Shown: positions 16,883-26,630 of the stretch, in pieces
Layout of the letters: every line of letters begins with the position of its first letter
Position numbering within the stretch: the stretch's first letter is position 1
Assembly (NCBI GenBank): GCA_050262615.1
Contig: JBLNEL010000329.1
Location: 2,651-66,650 of the forward strand
Direction of reading: 5' to 3'
Length of the DNA stretch: 64,000 bases
Source: Bacillota bacterium
GTDB lineage: Bacteria > Bacteroidota > Ignavibacteria > Ignavibacteriales > SURF-24
The notes under the pieces: generated by a model
Databases searched by the model: none
The model's input: the letters and a program-made list of their open reading frames with translations, nothing else
Told to the model about the DNA's origin: nothing
Program-made: the position numbers and the translations under genes

Positions 16883-19468
16883 TCAGAGGTACTTTTTAAC
16901 TACATCTTCCACCTGTTTTAAGGCGTCAGGAATCCTGCTAACATCTTTTCCGCCGGCTGTAGCCAGGTGAGGTCTTCCGCCGCCGCCGCCGCCGACCAAT
17001 TTTGCGATATCGCCAACGATCTTTCCTGCTGCGAGGTTTTTGCTTTTCATCAGGTCGTCTGAAACGACGCAGACAATGCCGACCTTGCCGTCAAGTTCGC
17101 TTATAAGAACACCGGCAGCATCTTTCATCTTCAGGCGCAGTTCATCTCCCATAGCTTTAAGCTCATCCATGTTAGAAGCTTCAACCTTTCCTTTGTAGAC
17201 TTTTATTCCATCAACACTTGAAGGATTTGAAAGAATACTATCAATGCCGCCAAGCTTAGCCTTCAGGCTTAAGTCAGCAATTTCTTTTTCGAGTTTTCTT
17301 TTTTCTTCCAGAAGCTGTGCTATTTTTTCTTCTTCTTTTTTTATTTCCTCAGTCTGAGAGTGAATAAATTCTTCAACGCCTTTACCTGTAACGGCTTCGA
17401 TTCTTCTGATGCCGCTGGCAATAGAAGATTCGCTTAATATTTTGAATATGCCTATCTGCGAAGTATTAGTAACGTGTGTACCGCCGCAGAACTCCTTACT
17501 TACGTCACCGGCTTCAATTACGTTTACCCTGTCGCCATACTTATCGCCGAAGAACATAAGAGCGCCCATCTGCTTAGCCTGCTCAAAAGGAATTGCGCGG
17601 TGGTGAGTAACCTTTATATTGCTTCTTATCTGTTCATTTACAATTGCTTCAATCTGGTCAATTTCCTCCTGGCTTAACTTTGCATAATGAGCAAAGTCGA
17701 AACGCAGTCTATCAGGGCCGACATAAGAGCCCGACTGATGAACGTGGGTGCCGAGGATTTTTCTTAAAGCAGCGTGCAGAAGATGAGTTGCAGTATGGTT
17801 TCTCATTATATCCCATCTTCTTTTCTCATCGACAAGAGCTGTGACCTTTGAGCCTATTTTAATTTTTACATCCTCAGGGTTTTCGGCAACATGTACAATC
17901 TTGTCGTTAATCTTAGTCACGTCAACGATCTTAAGAAGATTACGGCCAATTTTTATTTGTCCGATATCATCGATCTGTCCGCCTGATTCGACATAGAAGG
18001 GTGTGCGGTCAAGGATTATAAAATCTTTACCATCTTCGCGTTTATATCCAATAACCTGAGCTGTAACAGAGAACTTTTCATATCCAACGAATTCAGTTTT
18101 ATCTTCTTCAGTAATTCCAAAAGAATCAAGGTCATTAAATGCAGCGCTTTGTGATGCGAACTTATCCTTTGTAGATTCTCTTGCGCGAGTTTTCTGTTCA
18201 TTCATAAGTTCATCGAAGCGGGCCTCATCGATATTCAGGTCGCGTTCGCGTGCCATAACTGCAGTTAGGTCAACCGGGAAGCCATAAGTATCATAAAGCT
18301 GGAAAACATCGTCGCCGCTAATAGTTTTCTGTCCCTGGGATTCAACTCTCTGAGCTATTTTATCAAAAAGTTCAATTCCCCTATCCAGGGTAACATTAAA
18401 GCTTTCCTCTTCGGCTTTTATTATTTTTTCGATATGAGGCTGGTTCTGTTTTAATTCCGGGAAAACAGAAGACATATGGTCAACAAGAATATTTACCAGT
18501 TTATAGAGGAATGGTTTTTTAAGACCTATTTTCCTGCCGTAGCGGGCAGCCCGTCTTAATATTCTGCGTAAGACGTAACCTCTTCCGTCGTTACCCGGTA
18601 CAGCGCCATCGGCAATTGCAAAAGAAAGAGTTCTAATATGGTCTGCAATTACTCTCATAGGTATTTTATGTTCTTCGGTATCATAAAGTACCTGGGAGAG
18701 TTCGGAGATATTATTAATAAGAGGAGCAAAGACATCAGTATCATAATTTGAACCGGCCTTCTGCATAACGGCGCATATTCTTTCGAAGCCCATGCCGGTA
18801 TCGACATGTTTTGCAGGAAGCTCGTGCAAAACGCCGTTACTGTCGCGGTTATACTGAATAAAGACCAGGTTCCAGATCTCAATACATTCAGGGACGCCGG
18901 CATTAACGTATTTAGGGTTGTCATAATCGTCGCTTAAGTTTATATGGATCTCTGAACAAGGGCCGCAGGGGCCAGTATCGCCCATTTCCCAGAAGTTATC
19001 CTTTTCGTCAAAGCGGAGTATATGTTCAGGATTAATATCTGTTTTGGTTTTCCAGAATTCGAGGGCTTCTTCATCAGTGCGGTAAACCGTAGCCCAGAGT
19101 CTTTCCTTAGGAAGTTTCCAGACTTCTGTAAGCAGTTCCCATGCCCATTCTATAGCTTCAGCTTTATAGTAATCACCGAAAGACCAGTTACCCAGCATTT
19201 CAAAAAATGTATGGTGGTAAGTATCGTGGCCAACTTCTTCAAGGTCGTTATGTTTTCCGCTTACACGAATGCATTTCTGTGTATCTGCAGCGCGTTTATA
19301 TTCTCTTGTGCCGGTTCCAAGAAAGACGTCTTTGAACTGGTTCATACCTGCATTTGTAAAAAGCAGTGTAGGGTCGTCGAAAGGCACTACCGGAGCGCTG
19401 GAAACAATTCTGTGATCTTTACTCTTAAAGAAATCCAAAAACTGCTGTCTAATTTCTGCTGATGTCAT
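16883..19468 (-). CDS. alaS: Alanine--tRNA ligase
   Basis: 861 aa. FLDFFKSKDHRIVSSAPVVP, FTNAGMNQFK, WSFGDYYK, the HTATHLLH editing-domain motif and a C-terminal GGGGG region. Confidence 0.97.
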   Translation of the reverse strand: MTSAEIRQQFLDFFKSKDHRIVSSAPVVPFDDPTLLFTNAGMNQFKDVFLGTGTREYKRAADTQKCIRVSGKHNDLEEVGHDTYHHTFFEMLGNWSFGDYYKAEAIEWAWELLTEVWKLPKERLWATVYRTDEEALEFWKTKTDINPEHILRFDEKDNFWEMGDTGPCGPCSEIHINLSDDYDNPKYVNAGVPECIEIWNLVFIQYNRDSNGVLHELPAKHVDTGMGFERICAVMQKAGSNYDTDVFAPLINNISELSQVLYDTEEHKIPMRVIADHIRTLSFAIADGAVPGNDGRGYVLRRILRRAARYGRKIGLKKPFLYKLVNILVDHMSSVFPELKQNQPHIEKIIKAEEESFNVTLDRGIELFDKIAQRVESQGQKTISGDDVFQLYDTYGFPVDLTAVMARERDLNIDEARFDELMNEQKTRARESTKDKFASQSAAFNDLDSFGITEEDKTEFVGYEKFSVTAQVIGYKREDGKDFIILDRTPFYVESGGQIDDIGQIKIGRNLLKIVDVTKINDKIVHVAENPEDVKIKIGSKVTALVDEKRRWDIMRNHTATHLLHAALRKILGTHVHQSGSYVGPDRLRFDFAHYAKLSQEEIDQIEAIVNEQIRSNIKVTHHRAIPFEQAKQMGALMFFGDKYGDRVNVIEAGDVSKEFCGGTHVTNTSQIGIFKILSESSIASGIRRIEAVTGKGVEEFIHSQTEEIKKEEEKIAQLLEEKRKLEKEIADLSLKAKLGGIDSILSNPSSVDGIKVYKGKVEASNMDELKAMGDELRLKMKDAAGVLISELDGKVGIVCVVSDDLMKSKNLAAGKIVGDIAKLVGGGGGGRPHLATAGGKDVSRIPDALKQVEDVVKKYL

Positions 19469-19584
19469 ACTTCTAAATGTTCTTTGTTTGTTATTAAAGC
19501 AACAAATATACTAAAATCAGGTGCTAATTTCGACAGCGAAAATCTGCTCTATATAAGGGTTCAGCTCAAAGATCCGGGTATTTT

Positions 19585-21432
19585 CTAATCCGTAAGGAGA
19601 GGCTGATGGTTTTTATATTCCATTAAAAAAGTAAATTCAGGGAATTTCTTAGGCAGCTGTACGATCTTATAAATCATTACGCCGATTGACATTCTGTCTA
19701 ACCAGGAAGACATTGGCCAGCCGAAATGAATATAGAGTTTTTTATCAGAGGGCATTTCATATTCAAGAGTCTTTAGTATTGCGATGATCATATCAAAAAG
19801 CTTCATACCGCGCTGAATAGAGATCCAGAAATGGTTTGGGCTAATATTCTGAGGTGATTCTTTTCTGGGCACATAGAAGCTTACATACAGGGAATCCCTG
19901 CCATCCATCTGTTCAAATTCCGTAGGGCGTCTGAAGTACAAGTGGACATCCTGACCCGGAAGCTCATAGATAGCAAAAAGCAGGTCCATTGGAGTTCTTG
20001 TAGCTCTTCTTACCGGAATATCCGGAGCGCGGAATCTTGATATCCTTAGTCCTGCGATAAGGAAAATAACAGTAATAATAAACCACAATAGTGTGCCAAA
20101 AGGCCTGTGGATAATGATATAGGCAAACGTACTTACAAGAACGATAAAAAGCAGAAGGGTTCCTAGTCTGGAGGTATGATAGGATATTTCCTTTGTACCT
20201 TTTGAGTATCTATAGATAAGCAGTGAGCCTGTATTAATGCAGAAACTTGCAACAAGACCGACGGCATACATTTCGGCTAAAATCGCCTGGCTGCCGCTAG
20301 TAACAATCAGTATAGCCGAATAGAATATTCCGTTTATAATATGGATTCTGAAGAGGGACTGTTTTTTATTAAGCTGGATAAGCCAGTGGAAGTTATATCT
20401 TTCAGCTACTTTTTCAATCAGTTCGGCAGAAGCGACCATGGCAGTATTTACAGCCATAATAAGGGTAATACTTGCAAGTACTGCAACCACAATGCCGAAG
20501 AATTCTCCATTTACGCTTGAAGCGAATGCCGGGATAAGGTCAGTTTCATGTTTACTGATATCGATCTTTGAAGAGAGGGCAAAAAGAGCTATTAAGGGTG
20601 TTACCAGTCCTACGGTAAGGGCGAGGAACAGGTAAGCTCTTCTTATTTCCTTCCAGCTTTTTACAAGTGAAGCTGTCTGAAGGACAGATTCAATTCCGGA
20701 ATAAGCCAGTATACAGCTGCCTATACCGATAATGATATTCTGATAGCCGCCGAAGAATGATCCATGGCTTAAATCGCCCCAGAAATCCTTAAAGCTCTCG
20801 CCCACCTTACCAATGGTCTCAGGAGACAAATTAACTGCACCGCCCAGCAAAAGATTAATAAGAACAAAAGAAGCAAAGACAAAAATAAGGAATGTAAATT
20901 TTGCATTTTCCTTTATACCTATAATATTTAAGCCGGTTATAGCCCAAATTACGCCGAATTTAAGAAAAAACTTTATTTCGGGGCTCATAGCAAGGAACGA
21001 AGTGCCGTTTTCAACAGCGCTGACAGTAGAAATAGCAGCTGTAAGTACATAGTCGACAATAATTGAAGAGATAGCGATAAATGAAAAACTTGGTCCTAAA
21101 ACAAGGTAAGAGAAAGAATAAACGCCGCCTCCTTTTATATTATTGACCTCAAGAATTTCAGCAATTTCGACCATACGTGTAGAAAGAAAGCGGATAAGGA
21201 TAGAAGTAAGGGCAATATAGACAATTGCTTTAATGCCAATAAACCTGAAGGCTTCAAATGGTGCATAATAGATTGAAGTCAGTTCATCCATAAGTGTAAT
21301 AATGCCGACTGCAATCCATGTAAGCCACCATCTGCCATTAGAAAGATAAGAAAGGTAGTCTTTTTTACTGACCAGTTTAATAAAGCCTGCTACAAGAAGG
21401 ATATTAACAATAGTATATATAATCAAATTCAT
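19585..21432 (-). CDS. APC-superfamily permease-like membrane protein with an ~150-aa cytoplasmic C-terminal domain
   Basis: About 12 predicted TM helices with APC-like spacing. The soluble tail has no motif I recognise. Confidence 0.75.
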   Translation of the reverse strand: MNLIIYTIVNILLVAGFIKLVSKKDYLSYLSNGRWWLTWIAVGIITLMDELTSIYYAPFEAFRFIGIKAIVYIALTSILIRFLSTRMVEIAEILEVNNIKGGGVYSFSYLVLGPSFSFIAISSIIVDYVLTAAISTVSAVENGTSFLAMSPEIKFFLKFGVIWAITGLNIIGIKENAKFTFLIFVFASFVLINLLLGGAVNLSPETIGKVGESFKDFWGDLSHGSFFGGYQNIIIGIGSCILAYSGIESVLQTASLVKSWKEIRRAYLFLALTVGLVTPLIALFALSSKIDISKHETDLIPAFASSVNGEFFGIVVAVLASITLIMAVNTAMVASAELIEKVAERYNFHWLIQLNKKQSLFRIHIINGIFYSAILIVTSGSQAILAEMYAVGLVASFCINTGSLLIYRYSKGTKEISYHTSRLGTLLLFIVLVSTFAYIIIHRPFGTLLWFIITVIFLIAGLRISRFRAPDIPVRRATRTPMDLLFAIYELPGQDVHLYFRRPTEFEQMDGRDSLYVSFYVPRKESPQNISPNHFWISIQRGMKLFDMIIAILKTLEYEMPSDKKLYIHFGWPMSSWLDRMSIGVMIYKIVQLPKKFPEFTFLMEYKNHQPLLTD

Positions 21433-21486
21433 AAAACAAGTCCGGCTAATAATTAATTGGGAGAGCTAGTGTATAGGGAAGATTAA

Positions 21487-21502
21487 TTCAGATATTATGC
21501 CA
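21487..21502 (-). promoter_or_regulatory. Weaker sigma-54-like promoter upstream of the permease
   Basis: The minus strand reads TGGCAT-aatat-CTGAA with correct GG-N10 spacing but a degenerate -12 element. It lies about 55 nt upstream of the ATG at 21432, with paired direct repeats 90-140 bp further upstream. Confidence 0.4.
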
Positions 21503-21591
21503 TGCTCAGATAAAAGGAATTGTAAAAAAAATCTGAAAAAATTAAGAAATTAAAGGTTTTTAGAAGTGAAATGCCCGGGAGTGTGGAATGG

Positions 21592-21643
21592 GGTATACCA
21601 AAATGAAAGGATAAGGCTATTAAGGTATATCAAAATGAAAGAT
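21592..21643. promoter_or_regulatory. Pair of 20-bp direct repeats; candidate bEBP UAS
   Basis: ggtataccaaaatgaaagga (21592-21611) and ggtatatcaaaatgaaagat (21624-21643). The core YCAAAATGRAA recurs at 25525-25557. Confidence 0.45.
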
Positions 21644-21655
21644 GATCGATTTCAG

Positions 21656-23011
21656 TTATTCAAGTCCGTAGCTCTGAAGTTTTCTATACAAGGTAGTAAC
21701 GCCAATGCCCAGGAGTTCTGCTGCGCGGGTTTTATTTCCGTTTACATCTTTAAGTATACTTATAATGTGCTGTTTTTCAATTTCCTCAAGAGAAGCCCTG
21801 GCTGAGAGAGCCTGCTGAGGCTGTGCTGAAGAAGAATTTCTATGGAATTCCGAAGGGAGGCTGGAGGCTTTAATTACATTTCCATCAGTAAGTATTACAG
21901 CGCGTTCAATAATATTTTTAAGTTCTCTGATATTTCCAGGGTAATCATAAGCTTTTAACTTTTCAATAAATTCAGGTTCAACAAGTGTAATATTTTTCTT
22001 AAGTTTTAATGAATATTCATTAATAAAATTTTCGGCAAGGCTGGGGATATCTTCCTTATGTTTTCTTAAAGGAGGAATATCGATCCGCATGACATTAATT
22101 CTGTAGTAGAGGTCGGATCTGAACAATCCCTTAGATATCTCATCCTCAAGGTTTTTATTAGTAGCTGCAATTATCCGTACATCGACATTAGTAGTTTTAG
22201 TATCTCCCTGTTTAATAAACGAATTGGTTTCGATCACCCTTAGGAGTTTTGCCTGGAGGCTGGGGTCAAGGTCGCCGATCTCATCGAGGAAAAGAGTTCC
22301 CTGGTGGGCCTCTTCGAACAGGCCTTTTTTATTCCTGTTAGCACCGGTAAAGGCGCCTGCCTTATAGCCGAACATTTCACTTTCGAGCAGTTCCTTTGCA
22401 AAAGCGCTGCAGTTTACAGCAACGAAAGCATTGTCATGTCTTGAGCTTGCGTTGTGTATTGATTGAGCGAAGATTTCCTTGCCTGTTCCAGTTTCCCCGG
22501 ATAATAAAACCGGTGCATCTGTTTCAGCCACCTTTTTAGCCAGGTTTACAGAGCTTTTAAGCAGTCCCTCTGCGCCAATAATACTATTAAAGCTGAATCT
22601 TTCAGAGATCCTGTTTTCAAGCTGTTCGATCCTTTTTCTAAGCTGCACTTTTTCGAGTGCTTTTTCTACAAGCGGTAATATTTTATTATCCTCATCGCCC
22701 TTTGTAATATAATCAAAAGCGCCTGATTTAATAGCCTTGACGCCATCCTGAATAGTGCCGTAAGCCGTAAGCATAATAATTTCGCATAATGGGGCTTTTT
22801 GTTTTATTGAAGCAATCAGATCAAGGCCGTTGGCATCGGGAAGCTTAACATCGCTTATTACAAGCTGTACTTCTTCACGTTCTAAAATGCTCATTGCTTC
22901 AAGAGCGTTTTCTGCTTCAAGGATGCGGTAATTTTCAAGTGATAAAAGTCTTGAAAGTATGCTTCTTAAGTCAACCTCATCGTCGATTATTAGAATTTTT
23001 CCCTTATCCAT
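21656..23011 (-). CDS. Sigma-54-dependent response regulator (NtrC/AtoC-type bEBP)
   Basis: REC (ILIIDDE...LVISDVKLPDANG). AAA+ motifs GETGTGKE, GAFTGA, EMFGY. C-terminal HTH AAELLGIGVTTLYRKL. Confidence 0.93.
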   Translation of the reverse strand: MDKGKILIIDDEVDLRSILSRLLSLENYRILEAENALEAMSILEREEVQLVISDVKLPDANGLDLIASIKQKAPLCEIIMLTAYGTIQDGVKAIKSGAFDYITKGDEDNKILPLVEKALEKVQLRKRIEQLENRISERFSFNSIIGAEGLLKSSVNLAKKVAETDAPVLLSGETGTGKEIFAQSIHNASSRHDNAFVAVNCSAFAKELLESEMFGYKAGAFTGANRNKKGLFEEAHQGTLFLDEIGDLDPSLQAKLLRVIETNSFIKQGDTKTTNVDVRIIAATNKNLEDEISKGLFRSDLYYRINVMRIDIPPLRKHKEDIPSLAENFINEYSLKLKKNITLVEPEFIEKLKAYDYPGNIRELKNIIERAVILTDGNVIKASSLPSEFHRNSSSAQPQQALSARASLEEIEKQHIISILKDVNGNKTRAAELLGIGVTTLYRKLQSYGLE

Positions 23012-23046
23012 TTATTCTTACTTCAGCTGTTTTATTTGGAAAATTA

Positions 23047-24924
23047 TTAAATGCAGGCAGGAAGTTTAAATGAGAATTTACTTCCCTTTCCTATCCGGCT
23101 TTCCACCCAGATATCGCCGCCCTGTGAAATAACGAATTCTTTTGAAATTGCAAGTCCAAGTCCTCTTCCTGCTGGGTTCTGGTTACCGACCTGTACAAAT
23201 TTACTGAATATTTTCTCCTGATCCTCATCAGAAATTCCTGGTCCCTGGTCTATTACAGATACTATAACGGAACCGTTCTGTTTTTCTGCTATAATTTTAA
23301 TAGTTCCGTTTTCAGGAGTGTATCGTATAGCGTTATTGATCAGGTTTACGAGCACCCAGACAGTTTTTTCTATATCAGCATTAATAAAAGGAAGGTTATC
23401 GTCAATTTCAGTTTCAAGCTGAATTTTCTTTTCTGCAATAATCATAACCATAGCTACGGCAGCGTAGTCAATAATATCGGAGACAGAGATCTTTTCGATC
23501 TTAAGCTTTATATTTCCGGACTCGGCCTGTGAATAGTCGAGGAGTTCATTTACCATTTTTGAAAGGCGGCCTGTCTGCTGTCTTACTGTCTGGATTATCT
23601 GTTTCTGTTCTTCGTTAATATAGCCTACTTTATCATTTTCAAGCAGTTTAAGGCTTAAGTTAATTGAAGAGATCGGGGTTTTGAGCTCATGTGAGACAGT
23701 TGCAATAAGGTTTGTCTTAGCCGTATCGCGTTCTTCAAAACGTGTTACGTTCTTAAGCTCGAGCAGATAGCCTACAAGTCTGCCGCCTGTATCTTCCTGA
23801 ATTCTGATCTCAGTTACTTCCCTGCTGAAGTATGATTCTTTATTATTAAAATAGATATGGACCGGCGGTGCGGGGGGATTATTTCTTTCTTCTTTTGTCT
23901 GCAGGTCAACTGGCTGCAGGTTGTCGATATTTGAAGCAGGCATAAGGGTTTTTATCATTTCCCTCATCACGTCGTTATTTGCAGCAAGGTCGGGAGCATA
24001 CTTGCCAATTATCTCCTCTTTCACAGAGCCAATAATATCGAGGGCCACCTGGTTAGCAGAAATGATGAATTTATTCTCATCCAGGACAACAACAGCATCG
24101 CTGAAGCTGCCGATTGCAGATTCCATTCTTTTTTTTTCAATAAGCAGCTTATTAATATTATTCTTTTCATATTCTTTTAATTCAGCTGCCATATGATTAA
24201 AAGCTCTTGAAAGTTCGCCCAGTTCGTCTTTTGAGTGTATTGTAAGCTGCTGGTTATAATTTCCGTGAGAGATCTCAGTAATTTTTTTTATAAGCTCATT
24301 AACAGGGCGGACAAGGTAATTTGGAAGATATAGTATAAAGACAAGAGCAATAACAGAGCTTAAGGCGCTTATTACAAGCATATAAAAAGAGACTTTTGAA
24401 GCGGTATGAGAAGCCTGACTGTTTTTTCTGAGGACAGAGGTTGTATTAAGTTTATAAATATCGTTAAGAATATTCTGGACAGATTCATATTTATCAATAA
24501 GCTGAATACCGAATAGTTGTGTATCGGTCGCTTCAGAAGAATTTAATTTCTGAAGAACGGTTTTAAATTCAGAATAACTTTTTTTAAGTTCACCCACCAG
24601 TTCTGCTTCGCCTGCTTCGGTGAGGTTTCCTTCTTCAGCCTTCAGGTTTTTGTCAAACTCTTCAAGCTGAGTCTGAATTTCTTTTGTTCTGTTTATCAGT
24701 ACGTCGTGTTTAAGCAGGTCGCGTTCGGCATGCAGGCTATAGATCTGGTTAATTGCCCTGAGCATATTTGTAGCATATCTTGCCGAGGCGTAGTTATCTT
24801 CGATAATATGGCTGGAATCCGAAGCCAATTGCCTTATAAAGGATGAGCCCACAAGTCCAAGTCCTACAACGATCATAAATAAAAATGCGAGGGCCAGAAA
24901 TATTTTAGTCTTAAGTTTGTTCAT
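23047..24924 (-). CDS. Membrane sensor histidine kinase (periplasmic helical domain, HAMP, PAS, HisKA, HATPase_c)
   Basis: I prefer the start at 24924 (MNKLKTKIFLALAFLF...). It lies 1 nt after the stop of the upstream ORF (TAA-t-ATG). H-box TVSHELKTP. N/G boxes NLINNAIRYT, GRGLGL, GKGSKF. Confidence 0.88.
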   Translation of the reverse strand: MNKLKTKIFLALAFLFMIVVGLGLVGSSFIRQLASDSSHIIEDNYASARYATNMLRAINQIYSLHAERDLLKHDVLINRTKEIQTQLEEFDKNLKAEEGNLTEAGEAELVGELKKSYSEFKTVLQKLNSSEATDTQLFGIQLIDKYESVQNILNDIYKLNTTSVLRKNSQASHTASKVSFYMLVISALSSVIALVFILYLPNYLVRPVNELIKKITEISHGNYNQQLTIHSKDELGELSRAFNHMAAELKEYEKNNINKLLIEKKRMESAIGSFSDAVVVLDENKFIISANQVALDIIGSVKEEIIGKYAPDLAANNDVMREMIKTLMPASNIDNLQPVDLQTKEERNNPPAPPVHIYFNNKESYFSREVTEIRIQEDTGGRLVGYLLELKNVTRFEERDTAKTNLIATVSHELKTPISSINLSLKLLENDKVGYINEEQKQIIQTVRQQTGRLSKMVNELLDYSQAESGNIKLKIEKISVSDIIDYAAVAMVMIIAEKKIQLETEIDDNLPFINADIEKTVWVLVNLINNAIRYTPENGTIKIIAEKQNGSVIVSVIDQGPGISDEDQEKIFSKFVQVGNQNPAGRGLGLAISKEFVISQGGDIWVESRIGKGSKFSFKLPACI

Positions 24925-24925
24925 A

Positions 24926-25321
24926 TTATTTGCATTTCGTGTAAGGCGAAAAAATCTCATGTTTCCATTGGATTTCTTTCTGTTCTTCATAAAACTCTAA
25001 TGACAGATAGAATCCCAACTGCATAATTAATTTCTCCAGGCGTTCAATAATCTCATTATCCGGCAAGAAGTCCTGAGGAGCAGGCTTTATTACTCCGTCT
25101 AAATTATACCTTAAAGATAACTTATCTCCAACAATTCCGATAGTAAATAAGGTAAGATTTGAATCAGTATGCTTCCGGAATATGACTGTTGTGGTATGTT
25201 TATCAAAAACAGCTTCGGGAAATTCATTTTTTATGGATTTGAAGACTACAGTCAGGGCAGCTATTTTATCATATGAACGATCCTGAAGTAAAACAGAGTT
25301 AGACCGGGACAGGTTATTCAT
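24926..25321 (-). CDS. Hypothetical 131-aa cytoplasmic protein, first gene of the kinase/regulator operon
   Basis: Start taken at Met70 of the 200-aa ORF-track entry. Upstream of it lie a tandem repeat and the sigma-54 promoter. Tight coupling to the kinase start. No recognisable domain. Confidence 0.5.
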   Translation of the reverse strand: MNNLSRSNSVLLQDRSYDKIAALTVVFKSIKNEFPEAVFDKHTTTVIFRKHTDSNLTLFTIGIVGDKLSLRYNLDGVIKPAPQDFLPDNEIIERLEKLIMQLGFYLSLEFYEEQKEIQWKHEIFSPYTKCK

Positions 25322-25324
25322 ATC

Positions 25325-25369
25325 AGTTTTATTTCTTTTTACTTCGTTTCTTTTTTCTTCATTTCTTTT
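25325..25369. repeat. 15-bp tandem repeat x3 in the operon leader
   Basis: agttttatttctttt / tacttcgtttctttt / ttcttcatttctttt. If translated it gives the spurious KRNEEKRNEVKRNK. Confidence 0.8.
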
Positions 25370-25432
25370 TAATAATGTAAACAATTTCAATGATCCTTTC
25401 GATATTTGTTCAAGCCAAGCAATTTTACAGTG

Positions 25433-25448
25433 TGCTAAATGTGTGCCA
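25433..25448 (-). promoter_or_regulatory. Candidate sigma-54 (-24/-12) promoter of the hypothetical-kinase-bEBP operon
   Basis: The minus strand reads TGGCAC-acatt-TAGCA. GG-N10-GC spacing is exact, with a single mismatch to TGGCAC-N5-TTGCA. It lies about 110 nt upstream of the ATG at 25321. Confidence 0.6.
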
Positions 25449-25521
25449 TTGCGGTTAGAACAGTAATAAGGGGGATTTTCAAATAAAATAAGCAATGTTT
25501 TGTAATAGAGGCCAAGTGATG

Positions 25522-25558
25522 ATTCCAAAATGGAAGGCAGGCTTTCAAAATGAAATTA
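25522..25558. promoter_or_regulatory. Second pair of YCAAAATGRAA direct repeats; candidate UAS
   Basis: ccaaaatggaagg (25525-25537) and tcaaaatgaaatt (25545-25557) are 20 bp apart and 77-110 bp upstream of the 25448 promoter. The cores match the pair at 21592-21643. Confidence 0.4.
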
Positions 25559-25690
25559 ATAAAGCAGGTATTGATCAGCTGTATTGGCAAGTGCAGAGGC
25601 AGAGAACTCTTAAGGTCATCAACTTCTGCCGGTCCTTATATTTTTCTGCCGGGCAGGTCACAAGTGCTAAAATTACAACAATTTAGCCGA

Positions 25691-25767
25691 AAAAATGACT
25701 TATCAGTCTAATTTTGAGTTGATAATAAATAAAGCTTTTATTATGTTTGAACTCATCAGTCATTTTT
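25691..25767. promoter_or_regulatory. Palindromic motifs upstream of the hem cluster; candidate operator(s)
   Basis: GACTTATCAGTC (25697-25708) and aACTCATCAGTC (25750-25761) share the core ACTyATCAGTC. They are flanked by the 10-bp inverted repeat aaaaatgact (25691-25700) / agtcattttt (25758-25767). The ATG is at 25782. Confidence 0.3.
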
Positions 25768-25781
25768 CATGAAGAAAATCT

Positions 25782-26606
25782 ATGTATACTGCAGTTAAGA
25801 TCCTGAATGTACTTCTGCCCTTTTTCTATTGCTTAACATTTCTGGTTTATTTATATGATTTTGTTAAGGAAAAGAACAAGTTTGCCAATTCGAAAAGGAT
25901 ATTCTTATTTATAACGTTGCTGGTACATGCAATTTATCTATTGGCAAGGACTGTAGAGTTTAATCACCCGCCTATTACGAACGTATTTGAGATTTTCACA
26001 GTAATGGCATTTGCCATAAGCTGTTCATATTTTATACTGGAGCTTCTTACTGACATCAGGGGTACGGGGCTATTTATAATCATCTTTTCGATATTATTTC
26101 AGTTAGTTTCGTCCATTTTCATACCGGATCTTCTGCAGGTAAGAGAGGTTTTAAGGAACCGCATGTTAGGGCTGCATGTAATAAGTGCGCTTTTAGGCTA
26201 TTCGGGTATAACAATTTCTGCTGTCTACGGGCTGCTTTTCTGGTTATTATATAAAGAGATAAAGCTTAACAGGTTTGGGCTTATTTTCGAGCGTCTTCCC
26301 AGTCTGGATGTTCTGGAGCAGCTCAGTTACTATTCAGTTGTAATTGGTTTTGTACTTTTATCTGTAGCAATAACAATCGGGGTTATCTGGCTGCCATCGG
26401 CATTTCCAAATTTCAATTATTTTGATCCGAAGATTGTCGTTACGGGTCTAATCTGGCTTATTTATGGAGTAGGCATATTAAGTAAGACAGTTGGCGGGTG
26501 GCAAGGAAAGAAGGTTATTGTTTTTTCAATAGCAGGCTTTTTTCTCTCAATTTTTTCTATACTTTTGACGAATTTTCTGGCAAAGAGCTTTCACTCATTT
26601 TATTGA
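25782..26606 (+). CDS. HemX-like / CcsA-family cytochrome c assembly-type membrane protein
   Basis: 274 aa with about 8 TM helices, positioned immediately before hemA as B. subtilis hemX is. Confidence 0.75.
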   Translation: MYTAVKILNVLLPFFYCLTFLVYLYDFVKEKNKFANSKRIFLFITLLVHAIYLLARTVEFNHPPITNVFEIFTVMAFAISCSYFILELLTDIRGTGLFIIIFSILFQLVSSIFIPDLLQVREVLRNRMLGLHVISALLGYSGITISAVYGLLFWLLYKEIKLNRFGLIFERLPSLDVLEQLSYYSVVIGFVLLSVAITIGVIWLPSAFPNFNYFDPKIVVTGLIWLIYGVGILSKTVGGWQGKKVIVFSIAGFFLSIFSILLTNFLAKSFHSFY

Positions 26607-26630
26607 AAATGGTCAATTTCAAGCAAAATT

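Noticed and set aside
25322-25528. N-terminal 69-aa extension of the ORF-track entry 24926-25528
   Set aside because: The extension would contain the sigma-54 promoter match and the 15-bp x3 repeat (KRNEEKRNEVKRNK), and it starts at TTG. Starting at Met70 (25321) is more parsimonious.
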